DNA of 64,000 bases from Alphaproteobacteria bacterium. Lineage in GTDB: Bacteria; Pseudomonadota; Alphaproteobacteria; UBA828. Location: the NCBI GenBank assembly GCA_965221125.1, contig CBDCRW010000003.1:64001-128000 (forward strand). The letters are read 5' to 3'. The position numbers and the translations under genes are program-made. Within the stretch, counting starts at the first letter, position 1; every line of letters starts with the position of its first letter. The notes under the pieces were generated by a model that saw nothing but the letters and a program-made list of their open reading frames with translations, made no database searches and had not been told where the DNA came from. Below are positions 1 to 9,009 of this stretch, piece by piece.

Positions 1-283
1 AACCGGCGAGGGAGCCTAGGAAGACCGCAAGCGCCGTGTTCGCCGAGGCGATCAGCAGCGTATCCAGCAGGGCGGCAACGTTGGTCTCGTCCGAAAAGAT
101 CAGATCGAGATTGCTCCACATGAATTCGTCCGGCCAGAAGGTCGGCTTGATACGGTTGACCTCCTCGATGCCCTTAAATCCGGTAATGAATTGGAAATAG
201 TACGGGAACAGGGAAATGATCGCCCATACTCCCAGGAATACGAACATAAGGATGGCGACGAGCTTGTAGTGACGATCGCTCAT
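1..283 (-). CDS. Carbohydrate ABC transporter permease (MalG-like), runs off window edge
   Basis: Manual translation from ATG at 283: MSDRHYKLVAILMFVFLGVWAIISLFPYYFQFITGFK...PTFWP...; hydrophobic; starts 3 nt after the upstream permease. Confidence 0.85.
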   Translation of the reverse strand, partial: MSDRHYKLVAILMFVFLGVWAIISLFPYYFQFITGFKGIEEVNRIKPTFWPDEFMWSNLDLIFSDETNVAALLDTLLIASANTALAVFLGSLAG

Positions 284-286
284 CGG

Positions 287-1261
287 TCAGGCGATCGCCT
301 GTGCTTTCAGAACCTTCTTGAGATATTTCAAGAAGAGAGTGATAAGAACTGCGGCAACGATAAAAATAACGATTGCGTATCCGGCCGCTTCACCAACCTG
401 AAAATCTCGAATGCCGCGCTGATAAGCGATGTAGACGGGCAGTTCCGACGATTCCGCAGGTCCACCGGACGTCATCACGTAAATCTTGTCGACATACTTG
501 TACGCGTCCATGAAGCGGATGATGAAGGCGATGGCGATCACCTCCTTCAGCATCGGCAACGTGATTCGCGTCAGCACCTTCCAGCGCGACGCGCCATCGA
601 CCCGCGCAGCCTCGTAGATCGATTGCGGCAGAGACGCGCGCCCTGCGTAGACGATCAGCAAGGGCAGAGAGGTCCATTGCCAGATGTCGGCGAACGTCAC
701 CGACCAGAGAGAAAGGCTGGTGTTGAACCACTCGACCTTTTCCGTGGAGATGCCGGTAACGATCAGGATTTCATTGATGATTCCGTTATGTGGCGTGAGC
801 ATCAGGAGCCACATGAGCCCGGTCATGGCAGGCGGCAGCATGAGCGGCACCACCATGCAAATCAGCAGCAATGTTCGCGCCCAGTTCCATTTCACGACCG
901 AGAACAGCATGAGCGCGAGCGCAGTGCCCAGGATCACCTCCAGCACGGCACCGAAAACGAGATACTGCACCAGGTTGACGACGCTGCTGACGAAGCGGTC
1001 GTTGGTGAAGACGTTGGCGAAATTATCGAACCAGATGAAGTTGTATCTGTCTCGCGTGAGCGACATCAATGTCGTGTCGTGGAACGCGTGGAAGAACATC
1101 CAGATCGTCGGATAGATGACGATCGCGAGGAGAACGAGGACCGGCAATCCGATGAGAGAAATCGGCACCCACCGCGAGACGATGAGCAGGCGCTCTCGCT
1201 TCTTGTTCTTGAACCACTCCGGGTATTCGGGCGATCCGGTTTTGGAACGGGCAGGCGTCAT
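287..1261 (-). CDS. Carbohydrate ABC transporter permease (MalF-like)
   Basis: Multiple TM segments; EAA motif YEAARVDGASRW. Confidence 0.93.
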   Translation of the reverse strand: MTPARSKTGSPEYPEWFKNKKRERLLIVSRWVPISLIGLPVLVLLAIVIYPTIWMFFHAFHDTTLMSLTRDRYNFIWFDNFANVFTNDRFVSSVVNLVQYLVFGAVLEVILGTALALMLFSVVKWNWARTLLLICMVVPLMLPPAMTGLMWLLMLTPHNGIINEILIVTGISTEKVEWFNTSLSLWSVTFADIWQWTSLPLLIVYAGRASLPQSIYEAARVDGASRWKVLTRITLPMLKEVIAIAFIIRFMDAYKYVDKIYVMTSGGPAESSELPVYIAYQRGIRDFQVGEAAGYAIVIFIVAAVLITLFLKYLKKVLKAQAIA

Positions 1262-1382
1262 CTAGCGCGACTGGGCATCATTGCGCTGGACGGCGAACCG
1301 AAACATTTATCGCGACACACCCCGCCAGCGAAGTGCCAGTCGTTCACCCTATTCCTCCAGACCCCGGGATTTAGGTCGCGGG

Positions 1383-1411
1383 AGCCTAGTGTCGCGCCCC
1401 AACCGAGTCAA
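1383..1411 (-). promoter_or_regulatory. Putative sigma70 promoter for the ABC permease operon
   Basis: Minus strand TTGACT-N17-TAGGCT about 120 nt upstream of the ATG at 1261. Confidence 0.5.
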
Positions 1412-1540
1412 GGGAACGGCCGGACAGGCGGCTGCGCGCCGCGCGGCAAAGGGGGTACACGCCGATGACGGCCAAGGGTCGCGGCCCACCGGCGCGCAAT
1501 CCTGTCTCCCGACCCAGCAAATCGGTTAGGGTCCGGCGCC

Positions 1541-2923
1541 ATGACGAAGAGAGTCGCAGCCGCGCCGGAGCGCCCGGTGAGCGCCGCCATGCCGTTCGGC
1601 CGCCATCTGACGCGGACGGCCCGCCTCGCCGGCCCGGTGATCCTCGCGCGCGCCGGCCTGCTGGTGATGGTCGCGGTCGATTCCGCAATGCTGGGGCACT
1701 ACGGCACCCTCTCGCTCGCCTACTACGCCGCGGCGAACGCGGCCCAGGTCGTCATGATCCTGATCGGCGTGGGCCTGCTCCAGGGCACGACGATCCTGGT
1801 TGCGCAAGCCCACGGCGCGCACGACCGCGCCGCCTGCGGCACATTCTGGCGCGTGAGCATGGTCCACGCGGCCGCCCTCGGCGTCCTCATGGGGCTGCTC
1901 TGCCTGCTCGGCCGCTGGATACTGGAAGCGACGGGGCAAGAGCCCGAGGTTGCCCTCGGCGGCGGCCGCGTGCTCGACATGATCGCGTGGGGCTCGCCGC
2001 CGCTGATGATGTGGGTGGTGTGCAGCCACTTCCTGGAGGGCATCAGCCGGCCGATCCCCGGCATGCTGGTGATGTTTGGCGCGGTGCTGCTCAACGTTCT
2101 GCTCAACTGGATCTTCATCTTTGGTCACTGGGGCGGGCCCGAGATGGGGGCGGAAGGCGCGGCCATCGCCACCTCGCTGGTGCGCTGGGTGATGTTCGGG
2201 GCTCTCCTTCTCTTCGTGCTGCGCCTGCCGGATGGCCGGGCGCTCGGCATCAGCCGGCGGGTCGCGGATTTCTGGGCGGTCTCGCGCCGGCTGCGCCGCC
2301 TGGGGTACCCGCTGGCCGCTGCGCGGGGCCTCGAGACGACGGCCTTCGCCGCCCTGGTGATGCTGGCCGGCAACCTCGGCACGGTGCCGCTCGCCGCCTA
2401 CCAGATCGGCTACAACCTGATCGGTCTCGTCTTCATGGTCGCGATCGGCACCGCTGCGGCGAGCATGATCCGGGTCGGCAATGCGGTGGGGCGGCGCAAC
2501 CCGACCGATATCTCGCGCGCCGGGTGGGCAGGCGTGCTGCTGATTGCCTGCCTGATGGCGTGCTTCGCCGGGCCGTTCCTCGGCCTCGGCATGCCGCTCG
2601 CGGGTCTCTACACGGACGATCCGGCCGTTCTGCCGTTGGCCGCGTCGCTCATCGGCATTTGCGGTATCATCCTGGTGTTCGACGGGATGCAGGCGGTGCT
2701 GATGGGCGCGCTGCGCGGCATCGCCGACGTCTGGGTGCCGCCGGGGCTTCAGCTCATCTCGTGGTGGTGCATCACGGTGCCCATCGGTTACGTGCTGGCC
2801 TTCGTGGTCGGGATCGGCGTCGACGGCCTGATGTGGGGCGTCCTGGCGGGCGCGCTGAGCGCCAGCATCCTGCTCTCGGGTCGCTTCCTCGCCATGGCCC
2901 GGCGGCCGATCGCCCGCTACTGA
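1541..2923 (+). CDS. MATE family efflux transporter (NorM-like)
   Basis: 460 aa, about 12 TM; LNVLLNWIFIFGHWGGPEMGAEGAAIAT; RVGNAVG; FDGMQAV. Confidence 0.93.
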   Translation: MTKRVAAAPERPVSAAMPFGRHLTRTARLAGPVILARAGLLVMVAVDSAMLGHYGTLSLAYYAAANAAQVVMILIGVGLLQGTTILVAQAHGAHDRAACGTFWRVSMVHAAALGVLMGLLCLLGRWILEATGQEPEVALGGGRVLDMIAWGSPPLMMWVVCSHFLEGISRPIPGMLVMFGAVLLNVLLNWIFIFGHWGGPEMGAEGAAIATSLVRWVMFGALLLFVLRLPDGRALGISRRVADFWAVSRRLRRLGYPLAAARGLETTAFAALVMLAGNLGTVPLAAYQIGYNLIGLVFMVAIGTAAASMIRVGNAVGRRNPTDISRAGWAGVLLIACLMACFAGPFLGLGMPLAGLYTDDPAVLPLAASLIGICGIILVFDGMQAVLMGALRGIADVWVPPGLQLISWWCITVPIGYVLAFVVGIGVDGLMWGVLAGALSASILLSGRFLAMARRPIARY

Positions 2924-3017
2924 GGGACCAGCATCGGGGCGAAGAGCCGCTCGGCGCCCCAAAATGGCCACAGTCGGCCCATAGTCGGGGCAGCTGCCGC
3001 AGAAGGAGTGAGAAACG

Positions 3018-3710
3018 GTGTCTTCGACCATCGCGCTCGTCGATGACGACCAGCACCTGCTCACCTCGGTCACCATGGCGCTGGAGGCGGAGGGGTTCGT
3101 CGTCCGCCCCCACAGCGACCCGGTAAAGGCATTGCAGGACCTGCTGAGCCGGCCGGTGGACCTTGCGGTGCTCGACATCAAGATGCCGCAGATGGACGGC
3201 CTGGAGCTGCTCGCCCAGTTGCGGAAGCACTCGACCGTACCGGTGGTGTTCCTGACCTCGAAGGATGCCGAGGACGATCAGCTCTACGGTCTCAGCCAGG
3301 GCGCGGACGACTACATCACCAAGCCCTTCTCGGTCCGCCTCCTGGTCGAGCGGATCCGGACGATCCTGCGGCGGGCCGAGCCAGCAATGAGCACCGATTC
3401 GGCGCGCGCCCTCATGGTGCGGGGCGCCCTGGTGCTGGACGAGGACCGTCACCTCTGCACCTGGCAGGGCGAGGCGCTCTCGCTGACGGTGACCGAGTTC
3501 CTGTTGCTGAAGGCGCTGGCCCAGCGCCCTGGCCACGTGAAGAGCCGGAACCAGCTGATGGATGCCGCCTACGGCGACCAGATCTACGTCGAGGACCGCA
3601 CCATCGACAGCCACGTGAAGCGCATCCGCAAGAAGTTCAGGGCCACCGATCCGACCTTCTCGCAGATAGAGACGCTCTACGGTGTCGGTTACCGATACAC
3701 CGCGCCGTGA
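3018..3710 (+). CDS. chvI: OmpR-family response regulator ChvI
   Basis: [58 protein letters not shown]. Confidence 0.92.
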   Translation: MSSTIALVDDDQHLLTSVTMALEAEGFVVRPHSDPVKALQDLLSRPVDLAVLDIKMPQMDGLELLAQLRKHSTVPVVFLTSKDAEDDQLYGLSQGADDYITKPFSVRLLVERIRTILRRAEPAMSTDSARALMVRGALVLDEDRHLCTWQGEALSLTVTEFLLLKALAQRPGHVKSRNQLMDAAYGDQIYVEDRTIDSHVKRIRKKFRATDPTFSQIETLYGVGYRYTAP

Positions 3711-5391
3711 TCCGATCGGGCACGATCTGAAGGCGGCGCCCTCCGCCTCGCAGGCGAGGGCAAGGCGTGGCCTGCGGCCGCGTATCGCCTTTCCGCTCAC
3801 TGCCCGCATCCTCGCCATCAACGTCATGGCGCTGGGCGTCCTGGTGGCGGGCTTCTTCTACCTCGATCACCTTCAGCGCGACCTGATGGACGCCAAGCTG
3901 GAGGCGCTCGCTCGCGAGGCGACCTTGCTGGCTGCGGCGCTCGGCGAAAGCGCGGTCGACACCGCCGGCGCATCGGAGGCGGGTCTCGACCGCACCGCGT
4001 CGGCGACGCTCGTGCACCGCCTGAACCTGCCGATCGACACCCGCGCGCTGCTCTTCGATGCCGACGGTACCCTCGCCGTCGACTCCTGGCGGCTGCCCAT
4101 GGCGCCCGTGCAGACGACGGAATTGCCGCCCCCGGACGAGGACAGAGGCGCCCTCGGCCGGGCGGCGGACGCCGCCTACGAGTGGATCACCGCGCGCCTG
4201 CCGCCGCGCACGACGGTCCCTCTCTATACCGAGCCGAGCGACCCGCGCGCGGCCGACCTGCCCAAGGTGATGAGCGCGCTGCAGGGCACCGCCGGCCAGG
4301 CCATGCACAGAACGCAGGACGCCCGGCTCGTCGCAGTCGTGGCCGCGCCGATCCAGCCCTTCCGCCGGGTTCAGGGCGCGCTGCTGCTGGTGGCGGACGC
4401 GGAGGACGTGCTGGACAGCGTGCGCAACGCCCGCTTCACGATCCTTCAGGCGTTCTGCATCGCGCTCGGCATTACCATCGTCCTCAGCCTCTTCTTCGCG
4501 GGCACGATCACCCGCCCGGTGCGCCGGCTCGCGCGGGCGGCGGAGCGGGTGCGCGCGGGCGGCGGGCGCAAGGTCGCGATCCCCGACTTCACGGCGCGGA
4601 ACGACGAGATCGGCCGCCTCTCCGCAGCGCTCCGCGACATGACCGAGGCCCTGTGGGTGCGCATGGACGCGATCGAGCGCTTCGTGGCCGACGTGGCGCA
4701 CGAGGTGAAGAACCCGCTCAGCTCCGTGCTCAGCGCCGTCGACACGGCCCGGCGGGTCGACGACGAAGAGAAGCGCGCGAAGCTGCTCGCGCTCGTCGGC
4801 GAGGACGTGAAGAGGCTGGACCGGCTGCTGAGCCAGATCGCCGATGCCTCCAAGATCGACACCGAGCTGGCCCGCGCCCAGATGGAGCCGGTCGACATTC
4901 GCGCCATGCTGACGACTCTCGCGGAGATGCACGGCGCCGCCACATCGGCGAGCGATGAGCCCGCGTCGACCACGCTTGAGATCGAAGGTGAGGGTCCGTT
5001 CGCGGTGCTCGGCGTCGAGGACCGCCTCGCCCAGGTGCTCCAGAACCTGGTGAGCAACGCCCGCTCGTTCAGCCCGCCGGGCGGCACGGTCGCGCTCGGG
5101 CTCCGCCGGGACGGGGCAGAAGTCGTGGTGAGCGTGGACGACGACGGCCCCGGCGTGCCGGCCGGGATGGAGGAGGCGATCTTTCGGCGGTTCTATACCT
5201 TCCGGCCCGGTGGCGAAACCTTCGGCACCCACTCGGGTCTCGGCCTCAGCATTTCACGCCAGATCGCCGAGGCCCACGGCGGCCGGCTCATTTGCACCAA
5301 CCGCTACGATTCGGCAGGCCGCGTGCTGGGCGCGAGCTTCCGCCTGGAGCTTCCTGTCGCGGCTCCCGCCCGCCCGTCCGAGGCTGGCTAA
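3682..5391 (+). CDS. chvG: Sensor histidine kinase ChvG/ExoS (start uncertain)
   Basis: Two TM, HAMP, H-box [13 protein letters not shown], HATPase DDDGPG/GLGLSIS; directly after chvI. Confidence 0.9.
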   Translation: MSVTDTPRRDPIGHDLKAAPSASQARARRGLRPRIAFPLTARILAINVMALGVLVAGFFYLDHLQRDLMDAKLEALAREATLLAAALGESAVDTAGASEAGLDRTASATLVHRLNLPIDTRALLFDADGTLAVDSWRLPMAPVQTTELPPPDEDRGALGRAADAAYEWITARLPPRTTVPLYTEPSDPRAADLPKVMSALQGTAGQAMHRTQDARLVAVVAAPIQPFRRVQGALLLVADAEDVLDSVRNARFTILQAFCIALGITIVLSLFFAGTITRPVRRLARAAERVRAGGGRKVAIPDFTARNDEIGRLSAALRDMTEALWVRMDAIERFVADVAHEVKNPLSSVLSAVDTARRVDDEEKRAKLLALVGEDVKRLDRLLSQIADASKIDTELARAQMEPVDIRAMLTTLAEMHGAATSASDEPASTTLEIEGEGPFAVLGVEDRLAQVLQNLVSNARSFSPPGGTVALGLRRDGAEVVVSVDDDGPGVPAGMEEAIFRRFYTFRPGGETFGTHSGLGLSISRQIAEAHGGRLICTNRYDSAGRVLGASFRLELPVAAPARPSEAG

Positions 5392-5407
5392 GCGCGAATC
5401 GTCCGGC

Positions 5408-5623
5408 TCAGTGAACGCTGAGCGGCTGGAGCTGATGCTGGCGGGCGGCGGCGAACGCGATCTCGCGGTCCGGTGCCACGCCGAGAAGGCGGCCGTCCGG
5501 CGCGTGAATGCCGAAGACCATGGCGCCATCCACGAGAACTTCGCGGATGTAGGCTTCGTTGCCGGCGAGGAAGTGGACGTGTTCCCGCTGCTCGCCGGCA
5601 GTCGTCCGTTCGACGTCATTCAT
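5408..5623 (-). CDS. DUF1150 family small protein
   Basis: AYIR...GIHAPDG..LG......AFAAARQH...PLSVH signature; GAAGGAGG RBS. Confidence 0.85.
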   Translation of the reverse strand: MNDVERTTAGEQREHVHFLAGNEAYIREVLVDGAMVFGIHAPDGRLLGVAPDREIAFAAARQHQLQPLSVH

Positions 5624-5793
5624 GACCTTCCTCCTTCACCCTCGGCACGGGGCCGCAGCCCCGCCAGCCGCGCCATTCACACAACCCGAGCATCCGTCAG
5701 GCCCCTGCCCCGCCTGCGCCCACGATCGGCGGTTCCGCCTCTGAGCGATGGCTGGCGGTGGCGGCCATGCCGCCGACCAAGCGCATGTCTTCC

Positions 5794-5822
5794 ATGTGGG
5801 AATGGCGGGGTCGTGAATCAAA
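5794..5822 (-). promoter_or_regulatory. Putative RpoH (sigma32)-type promoter upstream of DUF1150
   Basis: TTTGAT-N16-CCCACAT resembles the alphaproteobacterial RpoH consensus CTTGAA-N16-CCTATAT. Confidence 0.4.
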
Positions 5823-5877
5823 CCGTTTTGGTATCCAGATTGCTCCGCAATGCAGAGCTATCTGGATATGCTGTCCT

Positions 5878-6001
5878 CCGGTATCTGGACCGCATCATCG
5901 CCGAGCTGCCGGACTCCTCGTACGCGCTCATGGCTGAGCGGCAACTCGACGACCCGGAGACGCCTGCTCAACTCACCTGCCTCGGCTGCCACAAGTACTG
6001 A
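5878..6001 (+). pseudogene. 3' remnant of a gene ending in a CxxCH haem-c motif
   Basis: RYLDRIIAELPDSSYALMAERQLDDPETPAQLTCLGCHKY-stop with coding-like GC3; no convincing 5' part. Confidence 0.5.
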
Positions 6002-6189
6002 ACCGGCGGCGAATGGAACGCGCCCGCACATTCCTCGACGTCAATTCGGCAGGTATTCCGGACGTGGCTGTCCCCGCCCGGCGGATATGGCATGGTGGCG
6101 TGAGCGAACGATTCCGCCGCCTGCGCCCACGGGTACACACCCGCTGAAGGGGCGCCGGGCGGGCGGCGCAGGGGAGCAGGCCGCCCGCC

Positions 6190-7107
6190 ATGAGCACGCA
6201 ATCGACGCACGGGGCGGGCGGGCCCGCCATCGGGCGCACCTGGGAAGGCGTGCTCCTGATGATCTTCACCTGCGCCTGCTTCGCCGGCATGTCGGCGGCG
6301 ATCCGCCACATCTCGGCGGAAATCTCGGTGTTTCAGATCGCCTTCATCCGCAACGGCATCGGCACCCTGATCCTCGTGCCCTTCATGGTCAGGATCGGCT
6401 TCGGCTCGTTCAGCCCGCGCCGCTTCCGCCTCTTCGCGGTCCGCGCCGGCATCGGCGTCCTCGCCATGTGGGCCTGGTACTCGGCGCTGCAGATCACGCC
6501 GCTCGCGGAAGCCATCACGCTCAACTTCACGGTCTCGCTCTGGATGATCCCGGTCGCCATCCTGATGCTGGGCGAGCGGGTCGGCCCGCGCCGCTGGATC
6601 GCCACCGTGGTGGGCTTCGCCGGCGTGCTGATCGTGCTGCAGCCGGGCGCGGACACCGTTTCCGTCGGCGGCCTGCTCGCGATATCGGCGGCGCTGCTCT
6701 TCGCCATCTCGATGGCACTGGTCCGCCTGCTCGCACGCGCCGAATCGCCGCTCGCCATCGTCTTCTACATGAACCTGATCATGACGCCGCTCTCCCTCGG
6801 CCCCGCGCTCTGGTGGTGGCAGATGCCGACGATGGAGCAGCTCGGCTGGCTTCTCGGTATCGGCTGCGTCCTCACCATCGCCCACTTCTCCATGGCCCGC
6901 GCTCTCTCGATCATGGAGGCGACGGCCATCGTGCCGCTGGACTTCACCCGCCTCCCCTTCGCGGTGCTCATCGGCTGGTTCGCGTTCGGCGAGTTTCCCG
7001 GCGTCTGGACCTGGGTCGGCGCGGTCTTCATCGTGGCGAGCGCTGTCTACATCGCCCGCCGCGAAGCGCTGCTCGTGCGCCGCCGCCCCGCCGTGATCGA
7101 CCCGTAG
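6190..7107 (+). CDS. DMT/EamA family transporter
   Basis: About 10 TM, two EamA halves; LGERVGPRRW; FGEFPGVWTWVGA. Confidence 0.92.
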   Translation: MSTQSTHGAGGPAIGRTWEGVLLMIFTCACFAGMSAAIRHISAEISVFQIAFIRNGIGTLILVPFMVRIGFGSFSPRRFRLFAVRAGIGVLAMWAWYSALQITPLAEAITLNFTVSLWMIPVAILMLGERVGPRRWIATVVGFAGVLIVLQPGADTVSVGGLLAISAALLFAISMALVRLLARAESPLAIVFYMNLIMTPLSLGPALWWWQMPTMEQLGWLLGIGCVLTIAHFSMARALSIMEATAIVPLDFTRLPFAVLIGWFAFGEFPGVWTWVGAVFIVASAVYIARREALLVRRRPAVIDP

Positions 7108-7184
7108 TCGCCGGGCCGCCGAGCGACTTTTGCAGGCTCCTGCGGTTTGCTATGTAGGCGGCCGCATCACCTGGGGAGTGGGAC

Positions 7185-7949
7185 ATGAACATCAGCGGGC
7201 AAACGGCGATCGTGACCGGCGGCGCGTCGGGGCTGGGCGAGGCGACGGCGCGGGCGCTGGCTGCCGCCGGCGCCAAGGTCGGCATCCTCGACATGAACGA
7301 GGCGCTGGCGCAGAAGGTCGCGGCCGAGGTCGGCGGCGCGGCCGCAGTCTGCGATGTGGTCGACCCGGCCAGCCACGAGGCCGCCATGGCGGCGGTGCGC
7401 GACGCCCTCGGGCCTGCGCGCATCATGGTCGCCTGCGCCGGCATCGCGCCCGGCGCCAAGCTGGTCGGCCGCGACGGCAACGCGAGCCCGCTGGAAAAGC
7501 TCACCCGCGCGATCCACGTCAACCTGATCGGCACCATCAACTCGTGCCGGCTTGCCGCCGCCGACATGGCGGCGATGGAGCCGATGGAGGACAACGAGCG
7601 CGGCTGCATCGTCACCACCGCTTCCGTCGCGGCCTTCGAAGGCCAGATCGGGCAGCTCGACTACGCGGCGTCGAAGGGCGGCGTCGCGGCGATGACGATC
7701 CCGCTCGCGCGCGAGCTTGCCCGCGACGGCATCCGCGTGAACTGCATCGCGCCGGGGCTGATGGACACGCCGATGATGGCGGGCCTCTCCGAGCCCGTGA
7801 AGCAGTCGCTGCTGGAAACGACGGTCTACCCGAGGCGCCTCGGCAGCGCCGAGGAGTATGGCGCGCTCGCCGTGCACATCGCGGAGAACACCTTCATGAA
7901 CGGCTCGGTGATCCGCTTCGACGGCGCGCTCCGCATGGCGCCGAAGTAG
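7185..7949 (+). CDS. SDR family 3-hydroxyacyl-CoA dehydrogenase (HSD10/FabG-like)
   Basis: TGGASGLG, TASVAAFEGQIGQ, YAASKGG, DGALRM. Confidence 0.92.
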   Translation: MNISGQTAIVTGGASGLGEATARALAAAGAKVGILDMNEALAQKVAAEVGGAAAVCDVVDPASHEAAMAAVRDALGPARIMVACAGIAPGAKLVGRDGNASPLEKLTRAIHVNLIGTINSCRLAAADMAAMEPMEDNERGCIVTTASVAAFEGQIGQLDYAASKGGVAAMTIPLARELARDGIRVNCIAPGLMDTPMMAGLSEPVKQSLLETTVYPRRLGSAEEYGALAVHIAENTFMNGSVIRFDGALRMAPK

Positions 7950-7965
7950 CCGTACCGGCCTCCCC

Positions 7966-8457
7966 CTACTCGGGAGACCAAGGCGCGATCCGGGTCTCCC
8001 AGGCCGCGCTGTCGGCCGGGCTGAAGAGCTTCAGCGTGAGGTCGATGCGCGCGAACTTCCAGGCGCCGTCCTCCTTGCGCAACCGGGAGTCGTACCAGCC
8101 GCCGATCCAGGTGTCCCTCGTCGGCCCCCCACCCTCGGGCGTCACCTTGCCCAGCTCCCACAGGTAGTGGTTCGACGTGGCACTGCGCCCGTCCGCCGCC
8201 ACCTCGACGATGGGCTGGGTCATGTAGTGGATGGCCCAGGGCATGAAGGTGGTGCAGTTGGGGCGGATGTCGCGGACGATCCCCGCCCGCGTCTCCCAAT
8301 GGCCGATGCCTTCGCAGTGCCACACCGCATCCTCGGTGAAGAGCGGCGCGACGAGCGCGGGGTCGCCGTTGTGGTCCACGGCCTTGGCGTAGCGGGCGAT
8401 GAGCTGCTGGATCGCCTCGATATCCTCGAGACGCCGGAGCCGCGCTTCGATGCTCAC
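7966..8457 (-). CDS. NTF2/SnoaL-like protein (BaiE/LinA-like), paralogue 2
   Basis: GTG start at 8457; RLEDIEAIQQLIARY..AVD, FTEDAVW, HY, WKF. Confidence 0.88.
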   Translation of the reverse strand: MSIEARLRRLEDIEAIQQLIARYAKAVDHNGDPALVAPLFTEDAVWHCEGIGHWETRAGIVRDIRPNCTTFMPWAIHYMTQPIVEVAADGRSATSNHYLWELGKVTPEGGGPTRDTWIGGWYDSRLRKEDGAWKFARIDLTLKLFSPADSAAWETRIAPWSPE

Positions 8458-8485
8458 GGCCGCCTCCCTTCGTTGCGCCGGCGCG

Positions 8486-8974
8486 CTACCCCTTCCAGGG
8501 CGGGATCGGCGTCTCCCACGAGGTCGCATCGGCGGGGCTGAGCAGCTTCAGGATCAGCTCGATGTGGGTGAACTTCCAGTCGCCGCCTTCCTTGCGGAAG
8601 GTGGATTCGTACCAGCCGCCGATCCAGGTATCCTGGTCCGGGCTTCCATCTTCCTGCACCGCCTTGGCGAGCTCCCACAGGTAGTATTCGCCGGTAGCCG
8701 TCTGACCGTCGTCCGCGATCTCGATGATCGGCTGGGTGAAGTAGTGCAGCGCCCACGAGAGCTGCTTGGTGGAGACCTCGCGCAGGCCCGAGACGATGGC
8801 GTCGCGGCTCTCGTAACGCCCGATCCCCTCGCAGTTCCAGACCGCGTCCTCGGTGAAGCACGGCGCCATCTTCTCCGGGTCGGCGTTGTTGTCCGCCGCC
8901 GTCATGTAGCGGGCGATGAGCTGCTTGATGGCTTCGATATCCTCAAGGCGCTGAAGGCGTTGCTCCACGGACAT
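8486..8974 (-). CDS. NTF2/SnoaL-like protein (BaiE/LinA-like), paralogue 1
   Basis: RLEDIEAIKQLIARY...AD, FTEDAVW, LHYFTQP, GDWKF. Confidence 0.9.
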   Translation of the reverse strand: MSVEQRLQRLEDIEAIKQLIARYMTAADNNADPEKMAPCFTEDAVWNCEGIGRYESRDAIVSGLREVSTKQLSWALHYFTQPIIEIADDGQTATGEYYLWELAKAVQEDGSPDQDTWIGGWYESTFRKEGGDWKFTHIELILKLLSPADATSWETPIPPWKG

Positions 8975-9009
8975 GGTCTCTGTTCCCTATGGTTGTTCCA
9001 GGTGTTCGT

